A DNA stretch of 59,667 nucleotides, from IMG/VR virus record IMGVR_UViG_3300033992_000526; one strand, written 5' to 3'. This DNA is from an uncultured virus (IMG/VR IMGVR_UViG_3300033992_000526). Lineage: Duplodnaviria > Heunggongvirae > Uroviricota > Caudoviricetes. The notes beneath the pieces were generated by a model. It was given only the letters and a program-made list of their open reading frames with translations. It did no database searches and had not been told where the DNA came from. Positions 40,391-50,101 of the stretch are shown one piece after another. Position 1 is the first letter of the stretch. Every line of letters starts with the position of its first letter. The position numbers and the translations under genes were made by a program.

Positions 40391-41827
40391 ATGGACATCC
40401 TTTTATTAACCACAGTATCTGGTTTAGTCTTTCAACGATCGTTAGGGGCATATCAACTTGCACATAATTGCAGGCAGCACGGTTTTAGTTGTCAAGTTAT
40501 TGATTTTATACAAGACTTTTCAGAGCAGGAATTATATGATACTGCTAAACAATTTGTTTCCACAGATACATTGTGTTTAGGAATATCAACTTCGTTTTTT
40601 AACGAGTTTAAAATGATGGTTGACAACAAATCAGTCTTGCCTCTTTCAATTCCTGAGAATGTATCTAATGTGTGTATTAGATTAAAAAAAGAATTTCCTA
40701 AATTACGTATATGTCTCGGCGGAGCAAAAGCATTGCACGGAGTAGATTACGTATGGGTAGATGATATATTTCAAGGTTATTCAGAAGATCAATTTTTAAA
40801 ATACTGTGAAAATCTTAAAAAAGGTAAGACAGATAAGTTTATTAAAACAGTGTCTGGTAAAAAGATATATGACAAACAGAATTCTTCTTTTGATATCCAG
40901 TCCCTTAATCATAAGTTTTTACTAGAAGACTGCATTTTAGAAAAAGAAGTACTGCCAATTGAGATTAGTAGGGGTTGTATTTTTAAATGTAAATTTTGTG
41001 CATTTCCTCTTAACGGAAAACGTAAACTAGATTACTTGAGAGATATTGAACAAATTAAAGAAGAACTAGAATATAACTATAAACATTTCGGAACTACTAG
41101 ATATTTCTTTAATGACGACACCCTTAACGACAGCGTATTTAAAATTGAAGAGCTGCATAAAGTTATCACATCATTGCCGTTTAAAATTGAATTCAGCTGT
41201 TGGATGAGATTAGATCTTCTTTATAAGAATCCAGAAACTATCAACATGCTTAAAGAGATGGGATTGTCAACAGTATTTTTTGGTATTGAATCATTTAGGC
41301 AAGATACATTAAAAATAATTGGAAAAAGTCTAAAGCCTGAAATTGTTAAACAGTTCTTAATTGATTTATATAATGTACATTGGAATAAGGATGTTTCAAT
41401 ATTCTTAGGTATGATAGTCGGTCTCCCGCATGAGACTGAAGAAGATATTTTTAACAGCGTTAGTTGGTTAAAAGAAACTCCTTTTAGTTTTCATTTCGAG
41501 CCATTGAGATTGAAAGATTCCGGGGGAACATATTATCAAAGTGATTTTGAAAAAAATTATAATAAGTATGGATATACTGTCAAAGATGATGTATGGTGCA
41601 ATGATGTTATGACACAACATACTGCTGAAAGAATTGCATCAATAATTAATACAGAATATGCGTATGGAAAGAATAAACCTTCAGGTTCTTATCTCTTTGC
41701 AATTTTAAATCACTTTGAACTAGACGAAATTAAAGATCTTACAATTAAAGATATAAGCTATAAAAAATTGTATTCTTCTAGGAAGAAACTTATTTCAAAA
41801 TATAAAGAAAAAATAAAGAGGTTATAA
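40391..41827 (+). CDS. B12-binding domain radical SAM protein
   Basis: CLGGAK, EISRGCIFKCKFC, DDTLND, FFGIES, IVGLPHE. Confidence 0.9.
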   Translation: MDILLLTTVSGLVFQRSLGAYQLAHNCRQHGFSCQVIDFIQDFSEQELYDTAKQFVSTDTLCLGISTSFFNEFKMMVDNKSVLPLSIPENVSNVCIRLKKEFPKLRICLGGAKALHGVDYVWVDDIFQGYSEDQFLKYCENLKKGKTDKFIKTVSGKKIYDKQNSSFDIQSLNHKFLLEDCILEKEVLPIEISRGCIFKCKFCAFPLNGKRKLDYLRDIEQIKEELEYNYKHFGTTRYFFNDDTLNDSVFKIEELHKVITSLPFKIEFSCWMRLDLLYKNPETINMLKEMGLSTVFFGIESFRQDTLKIIGKSLKPEIVKQFLIDLYNVHWNKDVSIFLGMIVGLPHETEEDIFNSVSWLKETPFSFHFEPLRLKDSGGTYYQSDFEKNYNKYGYTVKDDVWCNDVMTQHTAERIASIINTEYAYGKNKPSGSYLFAILNHFELDEIKDLTIKDISYKKLYSSRKKLISKYKEKIKRL

Positions 41828-41828
41828 G

Positions 41829-42710
41829 ATGTTTCTAGCACATAGGTCAGATATACATAAGGACGGGTTGCGTCCACTATCTCAGTGCGACAATAAATTA
41901 GTGTTGGTCAATACAGACTCTCCTTATATGCAAAGCAATATTTGTCCGCATCAAAAGAGTTTAATCTCTACAACAGAACAGCAAGGCATTAGAGTATGTC
42001 CGTATCACGGTCTAAGTTTCGACTTTGCCGGCACGGTGATAGTAACAGAGCGTGCTAATAGACTCTGTCCAAATCACACTGCATTAACAAATACAGATGC
42101 ATTTGTCTGGAAGGAATTAATATTTTCTAATCAAGTTGAATGCGAAGATTTGAATTTTATTGACTTTAAAAATTTTAGTCTAGTAGAGCAACGGGTAGAT
42201 ACTGTTAACAGTAATTTTAAAAACGTCATGGATCTATTTTTAGATGTCGACCATATTCCAATAGTACATTCAGGTGTTTATGATCGAATAGGATTTAAAT
42301 TATCCACCGATGTCATTTGGAAATATTATTCGTTTGGTAATCTTCAATTAGTAAAGAATGATAGTCAGTGTCCTGAATTTGCGGGTACATTACTAGACGA
42401 AGATAAAAATAATCCTTATAGGGCAGCATGGCTTTCTATATATCCAGGAACAATGATTGAGTGGCAACCGGGTGCGTTGTTTATCACAGTTGCTACAAAT
42501 CAAACTTCGTCTCAGGCAAAGGTGCATGTTTTTAAATACAGAGACAATAGATATAATGACACGAATTGGAAAATTAATGAAGAAGTTTGGGAACTTGCAT
42601 GGAAGCAAGATAAACAGCAAGCTGAATTATTAACCGAATTTAATCAAGACAACTTAGAGAAATCTAAACAACATTTTAGAGACTGGCTACATGACAAGCA
42701 AATGGAATAA
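41829..42710 (+). CDS. Rieske 2Fe-2S oxygenase (ring-hydroxylating-like)
   Basis: NICPHQ...CPYHG Rieske ligands; DVDHIPIVH mononuclear Fe site; QD. Confidence 0.8.
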   Translation: MFLAHRSDIHKDGLRPLSQCDNKLVLVNTDSPYMQSNICPHQKSLISTTEQQGIRVCPYHGLSFDFAGTVIVTERANRLCPNHTALTNTDAFVWKELIFSNQVECEDLNFIDFKNFSLVEQRVDTVNSNFKNVMDLFLDVDHIPIVHSGVYDRIGFKLSTDVIWKYYSFGNLQLVKNDSQCPEFAGTLLDEDKNNPYRAAWLSIYPGTMIEWQPGALFITVATNQTSSQAKVHVFKYRDNRYNDTNWKINEEVWELAWKQDKQQAELLTEFNQDNLEKSKQHFRDWLHDKQME

Positions 42711-43623
42711 ATTTAACTTAGATGTTAATGGCATAGGCCAGGATAATTGGATCAAATATCATTTTAACGGAAATCGAACTAGAGTAAATCCCAAAGATAA
42801 TTTTGAAGTAACATTTACAAAGAAAGCAACATCTGCTCCTACATTTAATACTGCTTGTAAATTAGTAGCAGAAGAGCTTTATGAACTTAATAGACACCAA
42901 ACTATATTTGTTCCAATGAGTGGTGGGTGTGATAGCGAAACAGTTGCAGATACCTTTTTGCAGTTAAAGATTCCGTTCACTCCTATAATACACGAAGTTT
43001 GGTCATTGGGACTTCAACTAACTTATGCAGATTCTTGGTGGGCGTATCGTTGGTGCAAAAAACATAATATCACTCCGATTGTAAAAAATACAACTACGTT
43101 GGAAATGTTTGCAGATATTAAGCCATTAATTGATAAAATTAAAGGAAGAAAATTATACCCTGCACAAAATATTATATTGTCAGAGTTTGCAGTGCAACAC
43201 GACGGTGTTGTGATAAACGGTCAAGCATTTCCTGAATATTATCCCGACTACACATTAGAGTATTTGATAGATATTGTTAATGACTCTGGATTTTTTAATG
43301 AAGACGGTACAAAAAAATCAGGTTGGTTATTACACGAAGACGACTTCTATGTAGATATGTATAATCCTGGTTATCATACCTATAACTTTTTAAGCTGGAA
43401 TCCTGAGATTGTTCTTGCTTACATTAAAGAAAGAGATATGTCGTTAAACAGCGAAGAAAACAAATTTAAGATAATGAAAAAAGATCCTCGTCCTAAGATC
43501 GGTGCTCCCGATGCAGTGTGGCATTTGTTAAAAGAATATCAACACAAGCTGAAGAAACAGTACGGGACCAGTGAGTTGTCGTTTATTGGAACTCACGAAG
43601 AAATGTTTAATATTTTAACGTGA
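42691..43623 (+). CDS. PP-loop (adenine nucleotide alpha-hydrolase-like) protein
   Basis: VPMSGGCDSE. Confidence 0.6.
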   Translation: MTSKWNKFNLDVNGIGQDNWIKYHFNGNRTRVNPKDNFEVTFTKKATSAPTFNTACKLVAEELYELNRHQTIFVPMSGGCDSETVADTFLQLKIPFTPIIHEVWSLGLQLTYADSWWAYRWCKKHNITPIVKNTTTLEMFADIKPLIDKIKGRKLYPAQNIILSEFAVQHDGVVINGQAFPEYYPDYTLEYLIDIVNDSGFFNEDGTKKSGWLLHEDDFYVDMYNPGYHTYNFLSWNPEIVLAYIKERDMSLNSEENKFKIMKKDPRPKIGAPDAVWHLLKEYQHKLKKQYGTSELSFIGTHEEMFNILT

Positions 43624-44187
43624 TCTAAATTCTAATTTAAGAACTCGCTGTTTAATTAGTGTTGCATCGGGTTTTAATTCTTCCCCCATTAACTTCCAAT
43701 ACAGTGATTGATCGGGTTTAGTATTTGGGGGGACAACATCTAATGTTGATAAGTGATACCTTCCTACCTGCATAAAAGAATTCTTTTGCCACTGTTTGTC
43801 GTATACTCTTGATATCTTTTCAGATATTGCATAGTAGTATGTATAACAATTTTTAGACTCTGCAATTGCAAATGCTTCTTTAATCATCATACTCAAATCT
43901 GGATGGTTAAAACTAAAATACGATTGTTGCCGGCTAGAAAAAAAACAAGGGACTACCCAAAATTTTCCTCGTAAGCTACTGTCATATATTCCCATCGATA
44001 TCCAACTCACTAAATCATTATTTTCAAAATAGCCAATTGCAAAATTTGTATCATTTGATTCGAAGAACTTCTGATATCCTTCTATAAATGATTGGTCACT
44101 AATTGCCACTGTTCCGCCAATTTTTGGTCGTAACTGTTTGATTTTTAAACAGGCATCAAAGTGTTCGGGGCCTAATATCTTTATCAT
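43615..44187 (-). CDS. GNAT-like hypothetical protein
   Basis: AIGYFENNDLVSW...AFAIAESKNCYTYY; start moved to MIKIL to avoid overlap with the divergent gene. Confidence 0.5.
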   Translation of the reverse strand: MIKILGPEHFDACLKIKQLRPKIGGTVAISDQSFIEGYQKFFESNDTNFAIGYFENNDLVSWISMGIYDSSLRGKFWVVPCFFSSRQQSYFSFNHPDLSMMIKEAFAIAESKNCYTYYYAISEKISRVYDKQWQKNSFMQVGRYHLSTLDVVPPNTKPDQSLYWKLMGEELKPDATLIKQRVLKLEFRSR

Positions 44188-44220
44188 ATCAACGTACTTA
44201 TCCTTCAAATAAATACCAGT

Positions 44221-44979
44221 ATGAAAATCTTCTCCGCATCTGCAGATACTATTACCAAGGTACAAATTACTACAGGAATTTTATCAATTATTGGACTGTT
44301 TTATTTTGATTTTACAATGACTAATATGTTCTTAATATTAGCATCGTTTTATGTATACGGAGTTTTTGGTATTGGTATTACACTGCACAGATACTATACT
44401 CACAAATCATTTGAATTTATTCATCCTGCAATTAAATGGCTCTTTACATTGTTTGCAATACTGGCTGGTAGAGCAAGTGTACTAGGTTGGGTATATGTTC
44501 ATCGATTGCATCATGCATATTCGGACACTGATAAAGATCCCCATGGACCTAAAACAATAGGATTTAAACCATTCGGCTTTAAACATATTGAATCTAACAG
44601 CGGTAAAGTTAACGTGTTCATGATAAAAGATTTAATGAATAAAGAGCAAGTGTTCATCAACGAATACTACTATGCAATAATTATTGTATGGTTATCCATT
44701 CTAGCAATGATAGATATCAATCTCGTTTACTTTACATGGATAGTTCCCGTCTTTCTAGTACAGATGAGTCAGAATATCTTTAATTATGTTGGTCATAGTT
44801 ACGGATATAGGAACTACAAAACAACTGACACTAGCACTAATAACGCATTACTATGGCCTTTAATTATGGGAGATGCGTGGCATAATAATCATCACGGTAA
44901 TCCTAAATCAGCTACTACTCACGAAAAGTGGTGGGAGATTGATCCTGCAGGTATTGTGATTAAAGCTATTTCTAAATGA
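44221..44979 (+). CDS. Membrane fatty-acid desaturase
   Basis: HRYYTH, HRLHH, DPHGP, GDAWHNNHH, WWEIDP. Confidence 0.9.
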   Translation: MKIFSASADTITKVQITTGILSIIGLFYFDFTMTNMFLILASFYVYGVFGIGITLHRYYTHKSFEFIHPAIKWLFTLFAILAGRASVLGWVYVHRLHHAYSDTDKDPHGPKTIGFKPFGFKHIESNSGKVNVFMIKDLMNKEQVFINEYYYAIIIVWLSILAMIDINLVYFTWIVPVFLVQMSQNIFNYVGHSYGYRNYKTTDTSTNNALLWPLIMGDAWHNNHHGNPKSATTHEKWWEIDPAGIVIKAISK

Positions 44980-46430
44980 AGGCAATTATATTTGGGGATA
45001 ATTTTATCCCCGCAGGTATACACAGAGTAGGAATTGCTAGGACAACTGGGGCTCATAGAGTTGCTACGTTACTGAGAAAAAAAGGTATTGACACAGAAGT
45101 AGTTGATTTCTTTTTAAGTTTTAGTCTAGATGAAATATTTCAAATACTAAGCCTGTATGATAACGATTTAAAATTTATAGGGTTTAGTGCCAGCATCACT
45201 TATTATCCTAAAGGCAAAATAGATTCAGTAGTTAAATTTATAAGAAAAAATTTACCGTGGGCAAAAATTATAGTCGGCGGAACTAATGTCTATGCAAAGG
45301 ACGCACCCGGGGCCGACTTATATACAGAAGGATTTGTTGAAGAAGCAATAGACGATATCGTTAGATTTGTAGAAGATCAAGTACATTCTATGCAAATTGA
45401 ATCGTTTAATGGAAAGCCTACTGTAAAAGTCACGCATACATATCCATTGGTAAACAATCAAAAATTAGAGACTATATATCAAGCTAGCGATTTTATTTCC
45501 CCTAATGAGACATTAGTATTAGAATACTCTAGAGGATGTATTTTTAAATGTAAGTTTTGTGATTTTCCGTTAATAGGCAAAAATAAAAACGATTATCTTA
45601 GAGAAGATGAAGATATATTAAAAGAACTTATCAGAAATTACAATCAATGGGGAACAACACACTACATTATCTCAGATGATACATTTAACGATAATGAATT
45701 AAAAGTCGATAGCTTATTAAGAATATCCAAACAACTTCCTTTTAAATTGTCTATCATGGGGTTCATTAGAGCTGATTTAATGCATGCCAGAGGCACTACT
45801 GTTGATAAACTAGTAGAAGCAGGATTTAAAGCCATGCATTTTGGAATAGAAACATTCCATCCCGAAGCTAGTAAACTAATAGGAAAAGCATTTAGCGGAT
45901 CTAAAATGAAAGAATATTTAACTAGTGTTAAACAAAAACATCCTAACTTGTTCTTACATTCTAGTTTTATTGTTGGGCTACCATACGAGGATGCACAATG
46001 TTTAGAAGATACATTTAATTGGTGTGATACTTCAATGGTATTAGATGCATGGTCAACATATCCATTGAATATCCCTGCAAAAAGCGGAATGGTACTAACT
46101 TCATATTTTGCAGATAACTGGAGATTGTACGGATACAAAAAAATTGAAGAAGATGATATACGTATTATTTGGGAAAATAAACATTTTAATACATATACTT
46201 CTGAAAAACTATCAGCAGAGCTCAACGCAAAAAGATACAATAACAAAAAGATAAATCCGTGGTCAGCATTTTCAATTACTGTACACGGATACGATATAGA
46301 TCAATTACTAAAAGAGAATAAAAATAATTTAGATGTTCCTGATCTTATAAACAAAGCCGCTAAATTTGTAGACGTTTACAAATATAAAAAATTAGAATTT
46401 TTTAAAAATAAATTTAATCTGCAAAAATAA
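44976..46430 (+). CDS. B12-binding domain radical SAM protein
   Basis: IIVGG, EYSRGCIFKCKFC, DDTFND, HFGIET, FIVGLPYE. Confidence 0.9.
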   Translation: MKAIIFGDNFIPAGIHRVGIARTTGAHRVATLLRKKGIDTEVVDFFLSFSLDEIFQILSLYDNDLKFIGFSASITYYPKGKIDSVVKFIRKNLPWAKIIVGGTNVYAKDAPGADLYTEGFVEEAIDDIVRFVEDQVHSMQIESFNGKPTVKVTHTYPLVNNQKLETIYQASDFISPNETLVLEYSRGCIFKCKFCDFPLIGKNKNDYLREDEDILKELIRNYNQWGTTHYIISDDTFNDNELKVDSLLRISKQLPFKLSIMGFIRADLMHARGTTVDKLVEAGFKAMHFGIETFHPEASKLIGKAFSGSKMKEYLTSVKQKHPNLFLHSSFIVGLPYEDAQCLEDTFNWCDTSMVLDAWSTYPLNIPAKSGMVLTSYFADNWRLYGYKKIEEDDIRIIWENKHFNTYTSEKLSAELNAKRYNNKKINPWSAFSITVHGYDIDQLLKENKNNLDVPDLINKAAKFVDVYKYKKLEFFKNKFNLQK

Positions 46431-47019
46431 CGTATTCTTGATACCGTTTTGCATTCTCGGTTATGATGCTTTGATATGCATCTTCTTTTGGTTTTCCAAA
46501 ATATGTGATTAAAATTTTACTGTGTCCAAAATACCAATCAGTTCCGTGTTTTCTTTTGTGGTCCCAATAAGCCCAAGTGTTTGTATCCGAAGGTAATAGT
46601 TGATATTCTCTTTTAGTATCTTTTAGGTAATAAAAATTAGGACGCACATTATTATCATATACTAGCGACCTTACACTTAAACTTTCTGAATCATAATCGG
46701 TGTGCGGAAGTACTGCTCCCATGCTAGAAACAAATCTTACTACTTCTATATCAATAGGAAACTTGTCTAGATTATCAAAGATAGATGGAAATAGTTCTGG
46801 ACAGTTTAAATTTTTAGATTTGTATTTTGTAGTTTCTTCTGCGTCAACTCCGGGCTTTACCCAGATATCAAAACCTCTCCATGGTGCAGCATTAGTATTG
46901 TGATTAGTTTGTATTTTTTGTACAGGCTTAGATTCTTTATACCATAGTGACCACCAATTATCCCAATTAATTGGTTCAATCCTGGGCATGTGTAACGGAG
47001 TTGAAAGTATATTCTGCAT
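46414..47019 (-). CDS. Cupin/2OG-oxygenase-like protein
   Basis: VLPHTD...LPSDTNTW...KHG; similar to 47019-47651. Confidence 0.5.
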   Translation of the reverse strand: MQNILSTPLHMPRIEPINWDNWWSLWYKESKPVQKIQTNHNTNAAPWRGFDIWVKPGVDAEETTKYKSKNLNCPELFPSIFDNLDKFPIDIEVVRFVSSMGAVLPHTDYDSESLSVRSLVYDNNVRPNFYYLKDTKREYQLLPSDTNTWAYWDHKRKHGTDWYFGHSKILITYFGKPKEDAYQSIITENAKRYQEYVIFAD

Positions 47020-47651
47020 TAATTATAGATAATGTAATCTTTGTACTTTTCAATACTTCTAGACATAAGTTCTAAATGTTTATCAGTATCTAATCTTCCT
47101 GCAATGAACATGGTAATTTTTCTATATTCTGCAGGTGCTATGAAAGATCCATGATAGCCTACATGGTTGTTTAATACAAACCAATCAGTGTCATTGGGTA
47201 GTACAGGAAACACAGGTGATAATAAGTTTCTAGGTCTTTGATCGTATTGTACAATATCGGGATTAGATGACGTTGGCAGCACATAGAATGTTTCTAACAT
47301 GTCACGCATTACTAAATTTTTATAAGCAGTGGGTCCTAATTCTCCATCAGCTAACGATTTAGCTATTGGATCTTGGTGCGGCTTATTATTGACTATCTGC
47401 TCTCTAAAATCAAAATGTCCATTATTTTCATAATCTAACAGCGGCAATGCTCTTAATTTTTCATCAAGGTCGGGAAACAACTTTAGCAGATCCGGGTCTA
47501 TTGGCTTGTTCATTGGTTTAAAATTTACCCAAGCCCAGTCTTGATGAGGTAGCTTTCTTGCGTCAAAGTATTCCAAAACTTTCTGTCTATCTAAATTTAA
47601 CTTAGGCAAATCAATAGGCATTAGTATAATATCTTTTAAATTCATCTCCAT
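47019..47651 (-). CDS. Cupin/2OG-oxygenase-like protein
   Basis: PIDLP, KPHQD...LPNDTDWF...YHG. Confidence 0.5.
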   Translation of the reverse strand: MEMNLKDIILMPIDLPKLNLDRQKVLEYFDARKLPHQDWAWVNFKPMNKPIDPDLLKLFPDLDEKLRALPLLDYENNGHFDFREQIVNNKPHQDPIAKSLADGELGPTAYKNLVMRDMLETFYVLPTSSNPDIVQYDQRPRNLLSPVFPVLPNDTDWFVLNNHVGYHGSFIAPAEYRKITMFIAGRLDTDKHLELMSRSIEKYKDYIIYN

Positions 47652-49069
47652 CCTCGATTTATTATTGTTTTTAATTTTTCTTTATATGTAGAAATAAAAG
47701 GATCTTTCCTTGCCATTACTAACATAGCCCAATCTTTCCAACCGTATTGTTTAATTTCTTCCTTAGTATACCCTAATGAATAAAGCGAAGAAGTATAAAA
47801 TCCAGTCATAGGCCAAGTCGGTTGCAAGATATCATTAAACTCGTGTGATAGTGCTTCGTGCAGTTCGTGATTATTTTTGGGGTCTCTAGTATCTTCCCAC
47901 CCCATGACTTCTGCATCTCCAGATTGATCGTCAGAATTTTTCCAATATGCTTTCTTTTTTAGAAAAAACTTTTCGGGATTATTTGCAAACTCAGATTTTG
48001 GCAATATGACAAGTCCTCGAAAATATCCTCTTATAAAATTATTCTCTTTAATCCAATCTACTGTTGATCTAAGATGGGGTATATCTTCTCCAGGTAGTCC
48101 TGAAATAAAACTTGCTTCGATACCTACTTGATTTTTCCAGAGATCATTGTGTAATTTAGGTAAGTAATCTTTTCCGTGTTTAGCATTCCATCCCTTTCCT
48201 ACCTTTCGAGCAGCTTCTGGATGAAAACTCTCCATGCCAAAGTATACCTGGTCTACTCCGCTTTCCAACATTAGATTGTGATTTTCATGGCTCCATATCA
48301 AATCTGCACGTACAAAGCCAGACCATCTAATTTTATAATCAAGTTGTTTGTTTATATTAGCAATCTCAGCTATCTTATCTTGATCTTCGTTGCAGGTATC
48401 GTCTAAGAAAACATAGTTAGTAGTTCCAAATACATCTCTGTTTCGTAGCATTTCATTTAATAAGTATTCAGGTTTCCTAATATATGACCCTTTAGATTTA
48501 CCTAGATTTGGATACGTACAGAAACTGCACTTAAAAATACACCCTCGACCTAATTCTATAGGAACTGCTTCATCGGGCATAATACAATCATCTTCGTGAA
48601 ATGTATGATCGTTTTGAGTTATATCAAAAACAGAATTTGGCAATGCTACTCCCATACTCTGTTCTTGACACCATTTTAGAAATTGGTCTTCACCTTCCCC
48701 GACAAATGCACGATCTAACATCTTGTAATTGTTAGAGTACGGCCCACCTCCTACAATTGGAAGATTTGGAAATTTCTTTTTAAAATACTGTATTGCTATC
48801 ATAATAGCCCCGGGCGGATAAGAACTATCTGCGTTCCAAAATACTGTAGTGAGTGCAATACAAACAGTGTCTTTAGTTATTAAAGGCTCTGTAAATTCAA
48901 TAATTTCTTTAGCAGTAAAATGTTGTAAGAAATCTATAACCTGACATTGAAATCGATTCTTCCGCATCCAATGAGCTAACGCATATGCGGCCATTGGACG
49001 CTGCATAGTTGGCAGTTTTTCGTAAGTAAAATTCGGCCAGACACCGCTCCAAAATATTATATTTCTCAT
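47642..49069 (-). CDS. B12-binding domain radical SAM protein
   Basis: VGGGPY, ELGRGCIFKCSFC, LDDTCN, YFGMES, FISGLPGE. Confidence 0.9.
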   Translation of the reverse strand: MRNIIFWSGVWPNFTYEKLPTMQRPMAAYALAHWMRKNRFQCQVIDFLQHFTAKEIIEFTEPLITKDTVCIALTTVFWNADSSYPPGAIMIAIQYFKKKFPNLPIVGGGPYSNNYKMLDRAFVGEGEDQFLKWCQEQSMGVALPNSVFDITQNDHTFHEDDCIMPDEAVPIELGRGCIFKCSFCTYPNLGKSKGSYIRKPEYLLNEMLRNRDVFGTTNYVFLDDTCNEDQDKIAEIANINKQLDYKIRWSGFVRADLIWSHENHNLMLESGVDQVYFGMESFHPEAARKVGKGWNAKHGKDYLPKLHNDLWKNQVGIEASFISGLPGEDIPHLRSTVDWIKENNFIRGYFRGLVILPKSEFANNPEKFFLKKKAYWKNSDDQSGDAEVMGWEDTRDPKNNHELHEALSHEFNDILQPTWPMTGFYTSSLYSLGYTKEEIKQYGWKDWAMLVMARKDPFISTYKEKLKTIINRGWR

Positions 49070-49120
49070 ATAACGTATTTAAACAGTTTGGTAACCTATG
49101 TTAACTTTTCTATAAGCTAG

Positions 49121-50044
49121 TTAATCTGGTCGCTGAAAGTATTTCAAAGATACTTTAGAACTTTTTAATTCTTTAATAAATTCAAAGTAAGGAATAAGCA
49201 CAGCAGTCTTTCTATACAAATTTCCAACAGTTAGTTTTAATTCAGGATTAGATGGTTCGTTTTTCATAAAAGGAACATTTTCCCATCCGCCAAACTTTGG
49301 GAAGTATAATAATTCGTCTTTCCAATACTTTCCATAAATTATTGGTTTAATATAATAGTCCCATCTATCTACACTATCTAAGTGAAAGTTTTCCTTGCAC
49401 AGCCCATTTCCGTCAAAATATCTATGAGTATGCATTGCCGATTGATAAACATCATCATTTAAAATACTATAAAGAAATTCTGATGGATCTCCGTAAGGTA
49501 TATACTTTCCTTTTCTTTTTAATAACTCCATTGATCGCATTCTCGCTACCTCGGGACTGTGATATCCTTGATAAAAATAAAACTTATTGTCCGGAGTAAT
49601 ATGTACAAATGGATCATGAATCATTTGAATGACATCGGCGTCGTCAGGTAAAAGTCTAGTAAAAATACTCTGCATTACTTGCACAGGATGGATACATTGA
49701 TCCTGTGCAATTTTCATTACTTGTTCCTCGTACTGTATCGGATCTAAATCAATAATATCGATGCGTACACCGTACTTCTTCTTAACTAATTGCAATTGTT
49801 CGTATTCTATATCATTATACCCCGGCATATAATAAAATACACAGTCGAGCGGAATGCCTTGAGTAAAGAAACTGTGTAATACACTCTGACTATCAACACC
49901 CGAACTCATTCCTAAAATCAACTTGTGATGATTTTCTGCAAGTTTTCGAGCCCTTCTATCTGACTCTTCTCGCATGTTTCCTGGCACCCTAGTTAATGCT
50001 GGGAATTCTACATAAAATTGATTGTTTTCGAAGCCGTAGTTCAT
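49121..50044 (-). CDS. PP-loop-like protein
   Basis: LGMSSGVDSQ; C-terminal PKFGGWE. Confidence 0.55.
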   Translation of the reverse strand: MNYGFENNQFYVEFPALTRVPGNMREESDRRARKLAENHHKLILGMSSGVDSQSVLHSFFTQGIPLDCVFYYMPGYNDIEYEQLQLVKKKYGVRIDIIDLDPIQYEEQVMKIAQDQCIHPVQVMQSIFTRLLPDDADVIQMIHDPFVHITPDNKFYFYQGYHSPEVARMRSMELLKRKGKYIPYGDPSEFLYSILNDDVYQSAMHTHRYFDGNGLCKENFHLDSVDRWDYYIKPIIYGKYWKDELLYFPKFGGWENVPFMKNEPSNPELKLTVGNLYRKTAVLIPYFEFIKELKSSKVSLKYFQRPD

Positions 50045-50059
50045 GATGATATTTAAGTC

Positions 50060-50086
50060 AAAAAAATACCCGCCGAAGCGGGTATT
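50060..50086 (-). terminator. Intrinsic terminator of the DUF2828 operon
   Basis: AATACCCGC-TTCG-GCGGGTATT followed by a T run. Confidence 0.9.
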
Positions 50087-50101
50087 GGATCTACAATCCT
50101 A

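Noticed and set aside
45662..46246. 194-aa minus-strand ORF
   Set aside because: Antisense to a clear radical SAM gene
28162..50044. RiPP interpretation of the island
   Set aside because: No short precursor ORF or SPASM/RRE-type enzyme seen; ACP and desaturases favour acyl chemistry, though a precursor outside the window cannot be excluded
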